DNA of 64,000 bases, from positions 11,594,001 through 11,658,000 of the forward strand of contig NC_043013.1 in the NCBI RefSeq assembly GCF_006345805.1, given 5' to 3'. Positions 26,545 to 40,332 of the stretch are shown piece by piece. Source of the stretch: Octopus sinensis. Taxonomy: Eukaryota. Made by a program: the position numbers and the translations under genes. The first letter of the stretch is position 1. Each line of letters opens with the position of its first letter. The notes below the pieces were generated by a model that worked only from the letters and a program-made list of their open reading frames with translations, was not told the origin of the DNA and did not search any database.

Positions 26545-26945
26545 TTCGGCAGATGTTGATGATAATGATGATGATCACGATGAAGATAATAATAATGGTG
26601 ATAACGACGACGATGATTATGTTGAAGATTATGATGACAATGCTGATGAAGAATAAGCTGCATATTATGCTGAGGATGCCGATTCTTTTTGGTAAGCATT
26701 GTGATGACGATAACAGGAATATTAATAAGGATTCTTCTACAAATCGTGATGATAATGATGAATGTATATTATCATTGTTACTTTGGTTTTTGTTGTCGAT
26801 AACGATGGTGATGATGCTGATAATGATGATAATGATGATGCTGATGATGGTGATAAGGTTGATGATGATAATGAACGATAACACTGTTGTTGTTCGTGAT
26901 GATGATGATGATGATGAATGATGTCGAAATAATGATGATGATGTC

Positions 26946-26993
<48 letters not shown>

Positions 26994-27152
26994 AATATGA
27001 TGATGATAATTATGATGATGATTATGATGATGACGAAGGATAATGGATATGTCGTTGTTATTAGCAGTAATATAACAACAAACGCATCAATAACAATACA
27101 ACGAATACTGCAAGCAATATTAAAATAAGTAAGAAAATATTGATATAAAATC

Positions 27153-27205
<53 letters not shown>

Positions 27206-27404
27206 CAATAATAACAATAATAGTAATAAAAATATGGTTAATAATAATAATAATGATAACAGTAATAATAGCAATGGCAATGAAATAATAATGGTCAGTA
27301 ATGTTAGTATTACTATTATCATTAACATTATCATCATTATTATTATCATACTCCTTCTTATTGATATTATCATCATTATCATCAGCGGCAGCAGCAGCTT
27401 TAAA

Positions 27405-27471
<67 letters not shown>

Positions 27472-27678
27472 ATATTACTACTACTACTACTACTACATTA
27501 AACTTAATCACTTGGGATATGGTATAATCATATGAATTGCATGATGAAGGTAATGATGATAACAACAAAGACAACGGTTACAAGAACAACAACAATAATA
27601 TATACATTATTGTTATTGTTTATTATTATTATTATTATTATTATACTTATATTATTATTAATAATTAATATTAATAAA

Positions 27679-27735
<57 letters not shown>

Positions 27736-27863
27736 TATTAATAATAATATGAATGTTCATGTTGACAATAATGATTTAATTATAATAATAATGATAATCA
27801 AAATAATAATTCATATTATTATTACTATTAAATTTCTGACAACGAATTACGAGCAATTACGAG

Positions 27864-27905
<42 letters not shown>
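26545..27905 (+). repeat. Long mosaic of degenerate trinucleotide repeats (GAT, AAT, ATC, ACT)
   Basis: Direct reading; this is the source of the 346-aa low-complexity minus-strand ORF. Confidence 0.9.
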
Positions 27906-27907
<2 letters not shown>

Positions 27908-28058
27908 TCATTTAGAGGTAAGCTAAAGAAAGAAAGAGATGGATATGAAGGAGAAGAAATATGATATAATGCCTCCCAGATAGTGTAAATTATATTGCTA
28001 TACTTATATAAAATTCCCCATAAATAGTGCATTGTTGGTGTTATATATATATATATAG

Positions 28059-28090
<32 letters not shown>

Positions 28091-28305
28091 ATATAGTATA
28101 TATATTTGAGAGAGAGAGAGGGGAGAGAAGACAGACAAGACAACAAGAGAGAGAGAGAGAGCGGACAGGATCTAGGGCATATATATTTATATATAGATAG
28201 ATAGATATCTGTATATATATGTATGTATATATTTTTATCTGCATATGTTTATGTTTGTATGCTAATTATTGAATACGTAATACACACACACTCACACGCA
28301 CATGC

Positions 28306-28336
<31 letters not shown>

Positions 28337-28999
28337 ATATATTGGAAGGAGCCTTCATATTCACTAATTCATATTTTCCTATTTTTCCAGTATATTCTGT
28401 AAGACATTTTAAATTTTGTAGGATTGGATTCACACTTTTTTCCATTTGTGTTAATGTATATATATATGATATATCCTTTCGTTTTTGTATATATGTATAT
28501 ATATATGTTATGTATATATATATTTGTTTCGTTGTAAATTGTATTGTTTTGTTATTCTGTTACGAGGGTTCATCTGTTTGATCAAATGCCGAGATATTCA
28601 AAGCAACAAACAATTACTTCATTTTTGTGTATAGGTTTATTTTTCTTATTGCGTGTATGGTTAAATTGTAATACGTTTGTGTGTATATATATATATGTAC
28701 CGAGAGTGTTTTCTGTGAATGTATATGTGTTTTCGTTAGTGTATGCTAGTGAGTGAATGAAGATATGTATATACTACCACATAATGTATATCAGTGTATA
28801 CATTCTTTAAAATTAAAATAAATGTACATATATGTATTTATGTGTAATGAAACGCATGCATATACAGAGACACGCATATATATATGCACACACACACACA
28901 AAACACATGTATGTATATATATATATATATATATTATATAACTACATATATATATGCACATGGGTGCATATATAATGCGGGTCTCTTGTATATTATATA

Positions 29000-29031
<32 letters not shown>

Positions 29032-29398
29032 GAATATTATATATATATAATACATCTAGGATATAAACACATATATATTCTAATATAGATATATATTTCT
29101 CTCTCTATATATATAGAATATAAACACGTATATTCTATATATATATATATATAATATATATATATATATAATTCTCTCTCTCTCTAATATATATATATAT
29201 AGAATCTATACACGTATATATATATCTGTCTCTACATATCATTCATACGGTTAATTTTCTCTTTGTTATATTAAATAAACTTAAGTTATTCTGTCTTCAG
29301 ACTAATTTATTCACCCGCCCCGATGCAGCGAACCATGATGGCGTCGACAGTGACGGTGGTCATTCGCACTCCTCCTCCTCCTTCTCCTCCTCCTACTC

Positions 29399-29450
<52 letters not shown>

Positions 29451-30617
29451 ACTACTACCGCCATCACCACTGTATATCTGAAACTATCAACATGTCCACC
29501 GTGACAATCAACACCACTATCATGAACACCAATATTACTTGCGCAAACGTCAATAGGAAGGGCACAGGAAACAAATAACAACAAATGACAACAAATAACA
29601 ACAAATAACAACAAAAACCATCTTTAGCCCCATCACAATCATTATTATCATCATTACCACAACAACGACTACCATATTTTATCCTCCGCCTCCAAATCTA
29701 CTTCCTCGTCTTCCTCGTCCTCTCCTCCTCATCACCATCATCTTAATTAGAGTCACCGTCAACACCACCACACCACAACCACGACGACGACGACCACCAC
29801 CACCACCACCACCACTAAAACCATTATCATCATCATCACCATCATCGCGGTGTCCTCGACCGAGAGACATTATCGCAAAATACAAAATGATGGAAATAGC
29901 AAAGAACAAAAAAAAAAATCAATGACAGACGAAAAAGCACACAGTAGAAATAGTGATATAATGAAAGAATAAGACTAAAAATTAAAAGCCCGAGAGAAAC
30001 AGAATAAATGAATGAATGAATGAATGGAACGAGAAAGAAATGAAGGATTTTATAAGATTTATAAATGAACGAATGTTTGAATAAAATATATGAAAAAGAA
30101 AACATTCAACTGAAATAATAATAAAAAAATAGATTCATTCGTTAACCTACTTTATTTGTATTCAGTTTCATTATCTTTCACTACAAAGAATACTCATTCA
30201 TAGACTGATTTCATTCAGTTTTCAGTTCTATGTTTTTCACTAGAAACAATGACAGGAAATGGAATAGTTTCGTTCACTATATTTTTATTTGTTTTGTTTT
30301 TGTTTAGTTTTATCTCTTCACTGTTTCTGTCTGTTTATTATGAAAGAAAGTATGAATGAAAGCACAATATATTAGTTTTATATAAACGATAAAGAAAAAT
30401 AAAGTAGATTAATAAGATAAATTAACGTAAAAAGTGGAAGACTGAAACCAAAATTTTAGTAGAAAAACAGAAAATTAAGAGGTAAAATATTAAATGAATG
30501 ACAGTGAAAATCAAATAAATAGGAATTTTAGAAGAAAATTGAAAAAAAATACATGAAGTAACGGATGAATGATTGTAAAACCATGTAAATAATATAGCAT
30601 ATCTCTCTTTTATCGTT

Positions 30618-30834
30618 TTCTTGTCCCAGTCATTGGGCTATGGCCATGCTGGGGTACAACAATTAGGAGTTTAGTGAAAGAATTCAACCCTAATAATTAT
30701 TTCTCAAAAGCTGGTTCTTATTCTATCGAGTCTTTTTTGCTGAACGGCTACGTAACGAGGGATGTAAACAAATCCAAACCGATGGTCAATTTTTGGTGGG
30801 GTCAAGTACAAACATTTAGTCACGCATACATTGA

Positions 30835-30874
<40 letters not shown>

Positions 30875-31097
30875 ACACACACACAGACACACGCACGCAC
30901 AACCTCACACACACACACACACACCACACACATATATATATATATATATATATACAGGACGGCTTATTTATGTTTACGTCTACAAAATCAATTTACAAGG
31001 ACTTGGTCGACCAGTGCTACACTAGAAGACACTAGAAGAACCCGGTATCATGTTGTTGAGAAGTAAAATTCCAACCAGGCAACCATGCCTGTGCGTA
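30618..31097 (-). mobile_element. SINE family B, degenerate, with internal (CA)n(TA)n tract
   Basis: ggccatgctggg...gctgaacggcta...ctagaagacact...ccaggcaaccatgcctgtgcg correspond to the reverse complements of the family B tail and head. Confidence 0.6.
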
Positions 31098-31124
31098 TAT
31101 GTATGGGTACGACTATAAACTACA

Positions 31125-31335
31125 TCTGGCAGTGGGACTCTGGAGCCTAGGTTTCAGAGTTTTCCAAGATCTAATCTGACCCGGAGTGGTAGCACATGTA
31201 AGGGTCCCAGCTATGTGTTAACTAGCAAACCCCAGAGCGACTGGGGGTGGGGAGGGGTGTCCGTAGAATGCAGTCGCCGTATTCCCTGCGTGGTGTAAGA
31301 GGCGACTGAAATGGGGGGTGGGGAGCGAAGGCATC
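31125..31335 (+). mobile_element. GC-rich LINE 5' UTR-like fragment (RTE/CR1-group motif)
   Basis: Contains gtattccctgcgtggtgtaagaggcgactgaa, similar to the tattccctgcctgtcgtaagaggcgactaa motif that I recall from invertebrate LINE 5' ends (not verified here). Confidence 0.45.
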
Positions 31336-32758
31336 GGGAATCAACTCCTTCTAGTAATTTCATATTCCTAAAAAGACAACAAGAAATGTATAAACTAAAA
31401 ATTAAATAAGGACGAAAGAAAGTACGAAAGAAAGAAAGGGGTAATGAATAATAAAAAGTAAATGAAAAGACCTGAAATAAGTGTCTGTGTAAGGTTTTAC
31501 GTCTAGAAAGAAGTAAAATGACGAAAAATTAGACAAAACTTAAAGAGCGAAAATAATCATCAATATGTGTATTTGAATAAACGAGTGAATGAAAGCTGAA
31601 ACGAAAATGAAATAATGAAATAAATGAAATAGAAGTAGAACGAAATGAAAGTATATAAAATAAATGAATTAAGTAATAAATAAACAGGAATGAATAAATG
31701 AATTAATAGATAAATATATATGTTAAATTATGAAGTATATGAATGAGAAATAAAATGAAAGAATTACGAAAGAGTTAAATACACAAAGAATAAGGGAATG
31801 AATTAGTGTTAAAATAAACTATTAGGATTTCAAAGAAGAATGAATAGGAATGGCATTTAAGCGTGAAATAGTGAATAAGTGAAATAATTCATTATGGGAC
31901 GAATGAAATATATGAATAAGTATTAACAAATACAGAATAAAAATGAACGGAAAATAAAAAGACATACATTTCATGAATATTTGAGAGAAGGAATTATTGG
32001 TAATGAATAAAATAATTTAAAGAAGAATAAAATTAAGAATGAATTTGATAAAGTAAGGTAATGATAAAATGTATTACAGGTGTAAAGATAAATTTAAACA
32101 TATAAGAAAGAATATAACAAGGAAAGAATAGTTAATAATGCAAAACGAAACAGGAAAGAGCCAACAAGCAAAATAGTGAATGATTGAAAGAATGAATGAA
32201 GAAATGAAAAATGCCGGATGTAATATAGCAACAAATGAAGATTGAAAGCTAGAATTAAATGCAAGAGAGTAAAAATAATTGAAAGAAATGAATAAAAGGT
32301 TCATGAAATTATAAACATATATATATATAGGAAATTTATAAAAAAATGAAGAAAGAAAAAAGAAAGATAAACCATAAAGAAAAATGGATGATTGAATAAA
32401 ATGAATGAGAGGAATGGATAAATATATAAAATAAAACGTCAAAATAAATCAACAATAAGTATACGAATAACAGAAAAAACACTGAATGAAAAGAAAAATA
32501 AATGAAGCCAAATGAACGATTGAATGGTTATCGAAGTACAATAAATGAAAATGAATAGAAGGATATGAATATGGGAAGAAAAACCAATGAAGGAGTTAAA
32601 AGAATGAATCAGATGAGTGAATAAGTTAATGAGAGAACTAATATGAAAAGTAAAACGTAAGACATAAGTATAAGATAATTAAGAAAATTAAAAGAATGAA
32701 AGAGAAAATAATAAAAATGATAGTAGTAGTAGTAGTTGTAGTAGCAGCAGCAAGCAGC

Positions 32759-32802
<44 letters not shown>

Positions 32803-32844
32803 CAGCAGCAGTAGTAGTAATAAAAATTATTATTATTGTTATTA

Positions 32845-33057
32845 TTTCTAATATGTTGCCAAGGTCAGCAATTGAGGAGGAGGAGATAAGTTGATTACAT
32901 CGACCCTAGTGCTCAGCTGGTACATATTTTATCGACCTCGAAAGGATGAAAAGCATTAGAACTCGGCGGAATTATAACTCGGAACTCGGAACGTCAAGGC
33001 AGGTGTGCTGTTAAGCGTTTTGCTTGGCGTGCGAACGATTTTTCTATCTTACCACCT
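32845..33057 (-). mobile_element. tRNA SINE family A, degenerate
   Basis: gattacatcgaccctagtgctcagctggtacatattttatcgacctcgaaaggatgaaaag. Confidence 0.75.
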
Positions 33058-33124
33058 TAGTAATAACAACAACAGCAACAACAACAACAATAATAATAGT
33101 AATAATAATAATAATACTATAGTT

Positions 33125-33236
33125 GTGATGCATGTGCCTGGTGTACCCTTATCAGAAGGGTAGTCATTAGGGGTAAAGTGGGCTTCGTATGTTTTACCCC
33201 AGTGTCACTTTGATGGCATTCACTGCTCTCTCACTC

Positions 33237-33285
<49 letters not shown>

Positions 33286-33294
33286 TAATAATAA
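33125..33294 (+). mobile_element. 3' end of a LINE/retroposon with an (AAT)n tail
   Basis: gtgcctggtgtacccttatcaga...ggcattcactgctctctcactc followed directly by (AAT)n. Confidence 0.5.
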
Positions 33295-33490
33295 CCCTTC
33301 CTATTATAAGCACAAAACCTGAAATTTCATGTGCGGGGGGGGGTGACAATCGATTTCATCGACTTCACTACTCAGCTGGTACTTATTTCATTGGTCCCGA
33401 AATGAAGAAACGCAAAGGTGTCTTGGTGGAATTTGAACTGAGAATGTAAAGCGAGAAAAAATGCCGCTTAGCAGTTTGTCCGGCGTGCTG
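33295..33490 (-). mobile_element. tRNA SINE family A, degenerate
   Basis: ctcagctggtacttatttcattggtcccgaaatg...ggaatttgaactgagaatgtaaag...ccggcgtgct. Confidence 0.7.
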
Positions 33491-34160
33491 CCTATAGCGC
33501 CTGCTCAACACCAGAAACAACAACAACAACAACAACATCAAGGAGAAGAAGAAGAAGAAGAACAACAACAACAACAAGAACAAGAACAAGAAGAAGCGTC
33601 GAATGCAAAATTGAAAGAGCGAATGAAATGAATTATTTAATGAATGAATGAATGGAATAAAAAAAATAATATTTGAAAGAACATAAGATACAAAATAAAA
33701 ATAAATAAGCATATAAATACGAAAGAAACATTTCTGAAAGTGAGAAAGACGATTCCTACACAATGAAAATTTAACAGTTATTGAAATCAATATCGATCTG
33801 TTAGATAGAAATGCCCTTGGGGAGCTTCAATATTCTTACCATTGTGTCTTGACCAAACCTAAGATAAGGAGATTAGATAACAGGAAGCGTGAAAGATGAC
33901 AATGCAATGTAAAGATGGATAGAATAATGGCGAAGATGAAATATGAAGCGAAGAAAAAAAAAAGGAACAGAATAAATAATTATAATTAAAAAAGAAGGAA
34001 ATATAAGGAAAAAAATATAAAATGGAATGCGAATAAAAATGAAAGAATTACAAGGAGAAACATAATATATAAGAAACAAAATGGGGTAACTTGTAAATAT
34101 ATAATGCTAATTCTAACACACATACACACACACATATATATATATATACATATATATATT

Positions 34161-34223
34161 AAAGTATGCGTGCATTCATACAAACTCATATATATTATAC
34201 ACATCCATTTATAGCTATATATC

Positions 34224-34259
<36 letters not shown>

Positions 34260-34722
34260 GAGTGATACGCACATACAATACATACCCATATAAATATAGA
34301 TATATATTTAAATGTAGGTATATATGTGTGACGATATATGTGTTTGTGTGTTAGAGTGTGTGTGAATAATTTTTAAAAGTATCTCAAAGTAGCGTATTGT
34401 GTGTAGCATTTCCTTCTTTCAATATCTTCCACTCAAATTTCCTATGTTTTGTTTCCTATAGATTTTTTTCCAGAAATATGTGTGTGTGTGCACATCTACA
34501 TATATATGAGTATGTATTTAATATATATATATATATATATTTATAATGTATGTATATATTCGCAATTATGTAGCTGCGCCAATACGTGTATATATGTACA
34601 TGTAATATTTTATCATATAAATATTTCTGTTTGTTAAACGTATTCTTACTTTGTATATCCTGTCTGCTTAGATTTATCTGCATATTATATATCTATATAG
34701 ATATATATATATATATATATAT

Positions 34723-34757
<35 letters not shown>

Positions 34758-35179
34758 GCTCTTACATCAAATAATATCTCATGTCAGCCCACGTGGAGGA
34801 TGGATGGAGACAGGATATTTTAAATAAGAGTTGGCTATCGGTAATCTATCTCGTGCTAAAAGAATTTTACTACTGTACAACACTTCAATTTTCTATTCAA
34901 TTTTACATCTAATATATATATATGTACGTATATATCCGTCGCCTTCATTTGCCCCAACAATGTGGTTTTCACCAACTCAAATCATTTGATTTCGTAGATT
35001 TTAATTTACTAATTTGCAACATATGCTGTTGAACTCCAGCTAGCATGATTCTCCACACCACTGATACATAACACTCCATATTCGGCCATCTCCTCATCAT
35101 ATATGTGTATGGGTGTGTGTGTGTCTGGTCTGTGTATTTACACACGAAAATATATGTAGGTATATATATATATATATAT

Positions 35180-35241
<62 letters not shown>

Positions 35242-35843
35242 TATATATATATATATATATATAATATATAGATATATATATATATTATATATGATATATA
35301 TATATATATATACATATATATATTAAAGTATGCGTGCATTCATACAAACTCATATATATTATACACATCCATTTATAGCTATATATCTATGTATAGATAT
35401 ATATATATATATATATATATACAGAGAGTGATACGCACATACAATACATACCCATATAAATAAGATATATATTTAAATGTAGGTATTATGTGTGACGATA
35501 TATGTGTTTGTGTGTTAGAGTGGTGTGTGAATAATTTTTAAAAGTATCTCAAAGTAGCGTATTGTGTGTTAGCATTTCCTTCTTTCAATATCTTCCACTC
35601 AAATTTCCTATGTTTTGTTTCCTATAGATTTTTTTCCAGAAATATGTGTGTGTGTTGTGCACATCTACATATATATGAGTATGTATTTAATATATATATC
35701 TATATATATTTATTCTAATGTATGTATATATTCGCAATTATGTAGCTGCGCCAATACGTGTATATATGTACATGTAATATTTTATCATATAAATATTTCT
35801 GTTTGTTAAACGTTATTCTTACTTTGTATATCTGTCTTGTATA

Positions 35844-35902
<59 letters not shown>

Positions 35903-36316
35903 GATATATATATATATATATAGCAGCTCTTACATCAAATAAGATCTCATGTCAGCCCACGTGGAGGATGGATGGAGACAGGATATTTTAAATAAGAGTT
36001 GGCTATCGGTAATCTATCTCGTGCTAAAAGAATTTTACTACTGTACAACACTTCAATTTTCTATTCAATTTTACATCTAATATATATATAGTAGTATATA
36101 TCCGTCGCCTTCATTTGCCCCAACAATGTGGTTTTCACCAACTCAAATCATTTGATTTCGTAGATTTTAATTTACTAATTTGCAACAATGCTGTTGAACT
36201 CCAGCTAGGCATGATTCTCCACACCACTGATACATAACACTCATATTCGGGCCACTCTCCTCATATATATGTGTATGGGTGTTGTGTGTGTCTGGTCTGT
36301 GTATTTAACACGAAAT

Positions 36317-36403
<87 letters not shown>

Positions 36404-36412
36404 GTATTATAT

Positions 36413-36458
<46 letters not shown>

Positions 36459-36519
36459 AGTATATATATATATATATATGTATATAATATATATATATAT
36501 ATATATATAGATATATATG

Positions 36520-36551
<32 letters not shown>

Positions 36552-36560
36552 CTACATATA
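34161..36560. repeat. Direct tandem duplication, period ~1164 bp (copy 1 34161-35324; copy 2 35325-~36560)
   Basis: aaagtatgcgtgcattcatacaaactc begins at both 34161 and 35325. The unique blocks (gtcagcccacgtggaggatggatggagacagg; ccgtcgccttcatttgccccaacaatgtgg) are repeated and differ mostly by single-base indels. Confidence 0.95.
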
Positions 36561-36610
<50 letters not shown>

Positions 36611-36707
36611 TATAGATATTTATATGAGAAAATTATTTGTATCTAAGTGTTATAGAGACTGTCTTAATCTTGTGTAGTCCAATTTAAGCAGGTGTGAAGC
36701 ATTCATA

Positions 36708-36880
36708 ACGGTTTCAAATTTTGGCAACCAGCGCAGGAACATCGATTGAGGAGAATAAGTCGATTACGTCAACTTTATTGTTCAAGTACTACGTAAATTA
36801 TCAACCCCAAAAGGATTAAGGGCAAAGTCAACCGCGGCGGAATTTGCAATCGGAACGCGAAGACGGACGAAATCAGTTGA
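36708..36880 (-). mobile_element. tRNA SINE family A, degenerate
   Basis: aattatcaaccccaaaaggattaagggcaaagtcaaccgcggcggaatttg. Confidence 0.7.
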
Positions 36881-36899
36881 CACACACAAATTAAGAATG

Positions 36900-38560
36900 A
36901 TTCAACAATGATGAAGGCATTTTCTCCAGTACTCAGCTTCTGAATTGTTACTCAATTCCTTCCAATCGCTGCCAACTTCAAACTTGAGAATACGATATGA
37001 ATTTTCCAATCTCACATCCGATGACAACATTTTTGTGAGCATCACCAACATTTTTGTGAGCATCTTTGCCAAAATCCTGAAATATGATCTATATGGTATC
37101 CCTTATTTCAGTATTTTTACAGCAGGTCTATCACTTCTCTTATTACAAAATGGTGAATTCTCGCGTTCTGGTAACTATGCGCCAGATATCTGTCAATAAC
37201 CCAGCGTATTATACTCCATTACCGGGCAATTTTCTCTAATGTAACTATTAATCGATTCCTGTTTGTTCGCAGATTTTATCAGCGTATCACAAGACTCTCA
37301 CTCCTTCGCCGAAAGTCAAGGTTAGATCATTTCTGATCATTCCTGAAACCCGCTTCTTTGAGTGTTCCGATGAGATGCGTAAGCACGTATTTATAGTAGC
37401 TTTGTCTTATGTAGCCTTCTGTCATCCAAGCCCATCAGACAGCTCTCGGTCTTTCGTGCCTTATAGCACACGCCTTAGTTGTGACAAGACAACCTCCAAG
37501 AATTATTTTGAGAAGTTGGTCAAAAGATGAGTCTTATAGTAATCATGTCACTTGGTTTTTAAATTTTGTGCAGCTTTCAAGATTTGGTTTGCTTCCTGGA
37601 CCGGATATTTCCTTATTCAGCCTATTTTGATCGACTGTACAGATTACAAATTTGTGCTGTCTGTAACCGACGAATGCATAAACTGAACAATCCTTATCTG
37701 AAAGCCTAGCTAATATTTAATGTTGATGTAATCTGCAATCCTGATGCGGTTCAAACTTGTATACATTGTTACACTGGGGAAATAAATCCAATCGGTGCCT
37801 GTGAAATATCTTCGCAGGTCAGTGAGTCATTAGCAAACAAATTTTAAAATCATATACAAGAGAATCCTAATTTTCTCACAAGCATTAAAGAAGTAGGTTA
37901 TCCCAGAAAAGATTACAGACAAAATCTAGACGCAATACCATTCCCGAGACGCTGATGAATACCAGTCGCAAGGCATCACTGCTCATGAGAGCCAACAAAT
38001 ATCAGCAACATATTTTTGAGCTTACGAAAATAGTTCTTATTATGAGATCTAAAATGTTTTAAGGAACACAGCGATTCCACAACCCGATCTCGTCGAACTT
38101 GGAGATGCGAAACAATTCGCAGCCATTGACGATGCATGCAAATCTGGTCTCGTTGATGACCACCGGATCTAAGCTTGGAGATGGTGAGATCTCGGAGCAG
38201 ATGGTCTTTCTTCGAATGACCACCAGGTCTCGTGCAAATCTGGTCTCGTTGATGGCCACTGGATCTAAGCTTGGAGATGGTGAGATCTCTGAGCAGATGG
38301 TCTTTCTTCGAATGACCACCAGGTCTCGTGCAAATCTGGTCTCGTTGGTGGCCACTGGATCTAAGCTTGGAGAGGGTGAGATCTCTGAGCAGATGGTCTT
38401 TCTTCGAATGACCACCAGGTCTCGTGCAAATCTGGTCTCGTTGATGGCCACTGGATCTAAGCTTGGAGATGGTGAGATCTCTGAGCAGATGGTCTTTCTT
38501 CGAATGACCACCAGGTCTCTGTGTAAGGCCATGTTTTTGTAAGGCCATTACCTCATTCCT
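36900..38560 (-). mobile_element. L1/Tx1-like LINE ORF2 relic (APE endonuclease through the start of the RT)
   Basis: Broken minus frames give KKDHLLRDL..SLDPVAINETRF (endonuclease N-terminus), KNYFRKLKNML, FVGYRQHKFVICTVD (eroded SDH motif), SGPGSK (GPGYWK-like), GCLVTTKACAIRHE, and IPYRSYFRILAKML. Confidence 0.65.
38137..38520. repeat. Minisatellite: 4 x 96-bp near-identical tandem units
   Basis: tgcaaatctggtctcg starts at 38137, 38233, 38329 and 38425; units differ by only a few substitutions. Confidence 0.98.
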
Positions 38561-39371
38561 GTCGAAGAATATGTGTACCTCAGGTCACTTGCACAAAACA
38601 ATTAAATCTCCTTGTAGGTATGTGATATAAATAATTTTCTTGATCGTGTGTTATAGTTTTGTATCGTCAGTGTAACTGGTGACAGTATCTGTTCTTATGA
38701 ATTTATACCAGACAGAGAGAGAGAGATGGGGAGAGAGAGATGGAGGGAGAGAAATGACAAATAGCCAAGGTCTCTGTGCTGTTTTCAGGGGTATACCACT
38801 GAGAGAGTTATATGGTCTATCATTGCCCGATTTCTACTTTTGAAAAAGTTATGCTGCAGCATCTCCAGTTCCTCAACTATGGCATATTACAGCGTGATCA
38901 ACATTATGGAATACATTCGGAACATCATGATATGTTACATCCGCATTCGAATTAGCTGCTGTTTCAAAACCCAGTCATAAAGGCTATTTAATAAGGCTCA
39001 AACCTGTTTGGATTCCGAGCATTCTTTCAAGAACCCAATCATATACCTCTAACAATTTGATCCATGATTTTACTCATCCGCTTCCTTTATTATGTAAGAC
39101 ATATGCCGTCTAACTGCCTATCATTTGCAAGAAACATGGCTTTGATATTGTCATGTTGCATGTCTTTAGGAGAATTACTGAGAAATACTCATTCCTATTA
39201 CCGAGTAAAAACTCAATTCATCTATCGCTTATATTACTTCTTTTTCGTTTATATCGATGTAATCGATGGTTGCTCCTTCTTTAGCAAATTTATAGAAAAC
39301 ATGTAGAATAATTTTAAAGTTTATAACGGACCTTAGTCATCTTGCTCCTTACATTATGTTGGAGAGTTTGG

Positions 39372-39665
39372 AGCAAGTGATTTCTACGATAGCTTCGGGG
39401 CGTCAAAGTCTCAAGAGTGGATCTGGTGGACGGAAAATTCAAGGAGACTACCTCAAAGGTGTGTGTGTGCGTTTCATTGTGTTTATGCTGAGTTTGTCAC
39501 CGCCACTTTACAAAGTTTGTTCCTGCATTTGTGTCTCAATCGGCTAGCGGTTCGACAAAAAGATACAAGAAAATAGGTACCAGACTTATAAAATACAAAA
39601 TACTCAGGTTAGTCTGTTCGGTTCAACGTTCCAAAGTAGTGCTCCTACATAGCTGCTGGCCAATC
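39372..39665 (+). mobile_element. SINE family B, strongly degenerate
   Basis: gagcaagtgatttctacgatagcttcggg...gagtggatctggtggacggaaa...gcggttcgacaaaaaga...aataggtaccagactt. Confidence 0.5.
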
Positions 39666-39916
39666 GTGCCTGCTTGTATTTCTGAAGATACAGATTGATA
39701 ATCATTTCTCGATAATTATATTTATATGTAGAATTACAAAGTGGAAGTTACATTACCAATTTAAGAACCCATCAAATCTATTAATCATTTATTATAAAAA
39801 TCAAACTTTTCTATGCACTTAATGCCACTCAGGCAGCGATTTTTTGTTACTGGTCAGGTTGCATAAAGTGTGAAGAGACGTATGTATATATGTATGTATG
39901 CATATATGTATGTAGA

Positions 39917-39960
<44 letters not shown>

Positions 39961-40287
39961 ACGTAAAATATGGTATAATTATAAACAAAGCAAATTTTAA
40001 CCATTTCTCCGTAGACTAAAAAAAATGATGAAAAACTTTAATCGATTTTCGCACCTTCTTTGGTTGTCATCATAGGCGTCCACATCATTTTGACAATCTC
40101 CAGCGTGTGTTTGTGTGTGACTGTGCACACATATGCATATATACATTCATATATATATATAGACATACATGCACACACATACACATACGCATACACAAAT
40201 GATGGTGGCCCAGAATAACCACAGCCCCAAGGCTGAAACAAATGGGAGAATAAGGGAATACATATATATATATACATATGCATATAC

Positions 40288-40332
<45 letters not shown>

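Noticed and set aside
26534-27574. 346-aa minus-strand ORF, the longest in the track
   Set aside because: It is the translation of trinucleotide microsatellites (poly-V/L/I/S) with no domain content.
38137-38520. Regular repeats as a possible CRISPR array
   Set aside because: Units are contiguous with no unique spacers, there are no cas genes, and the context is eukaryotic.
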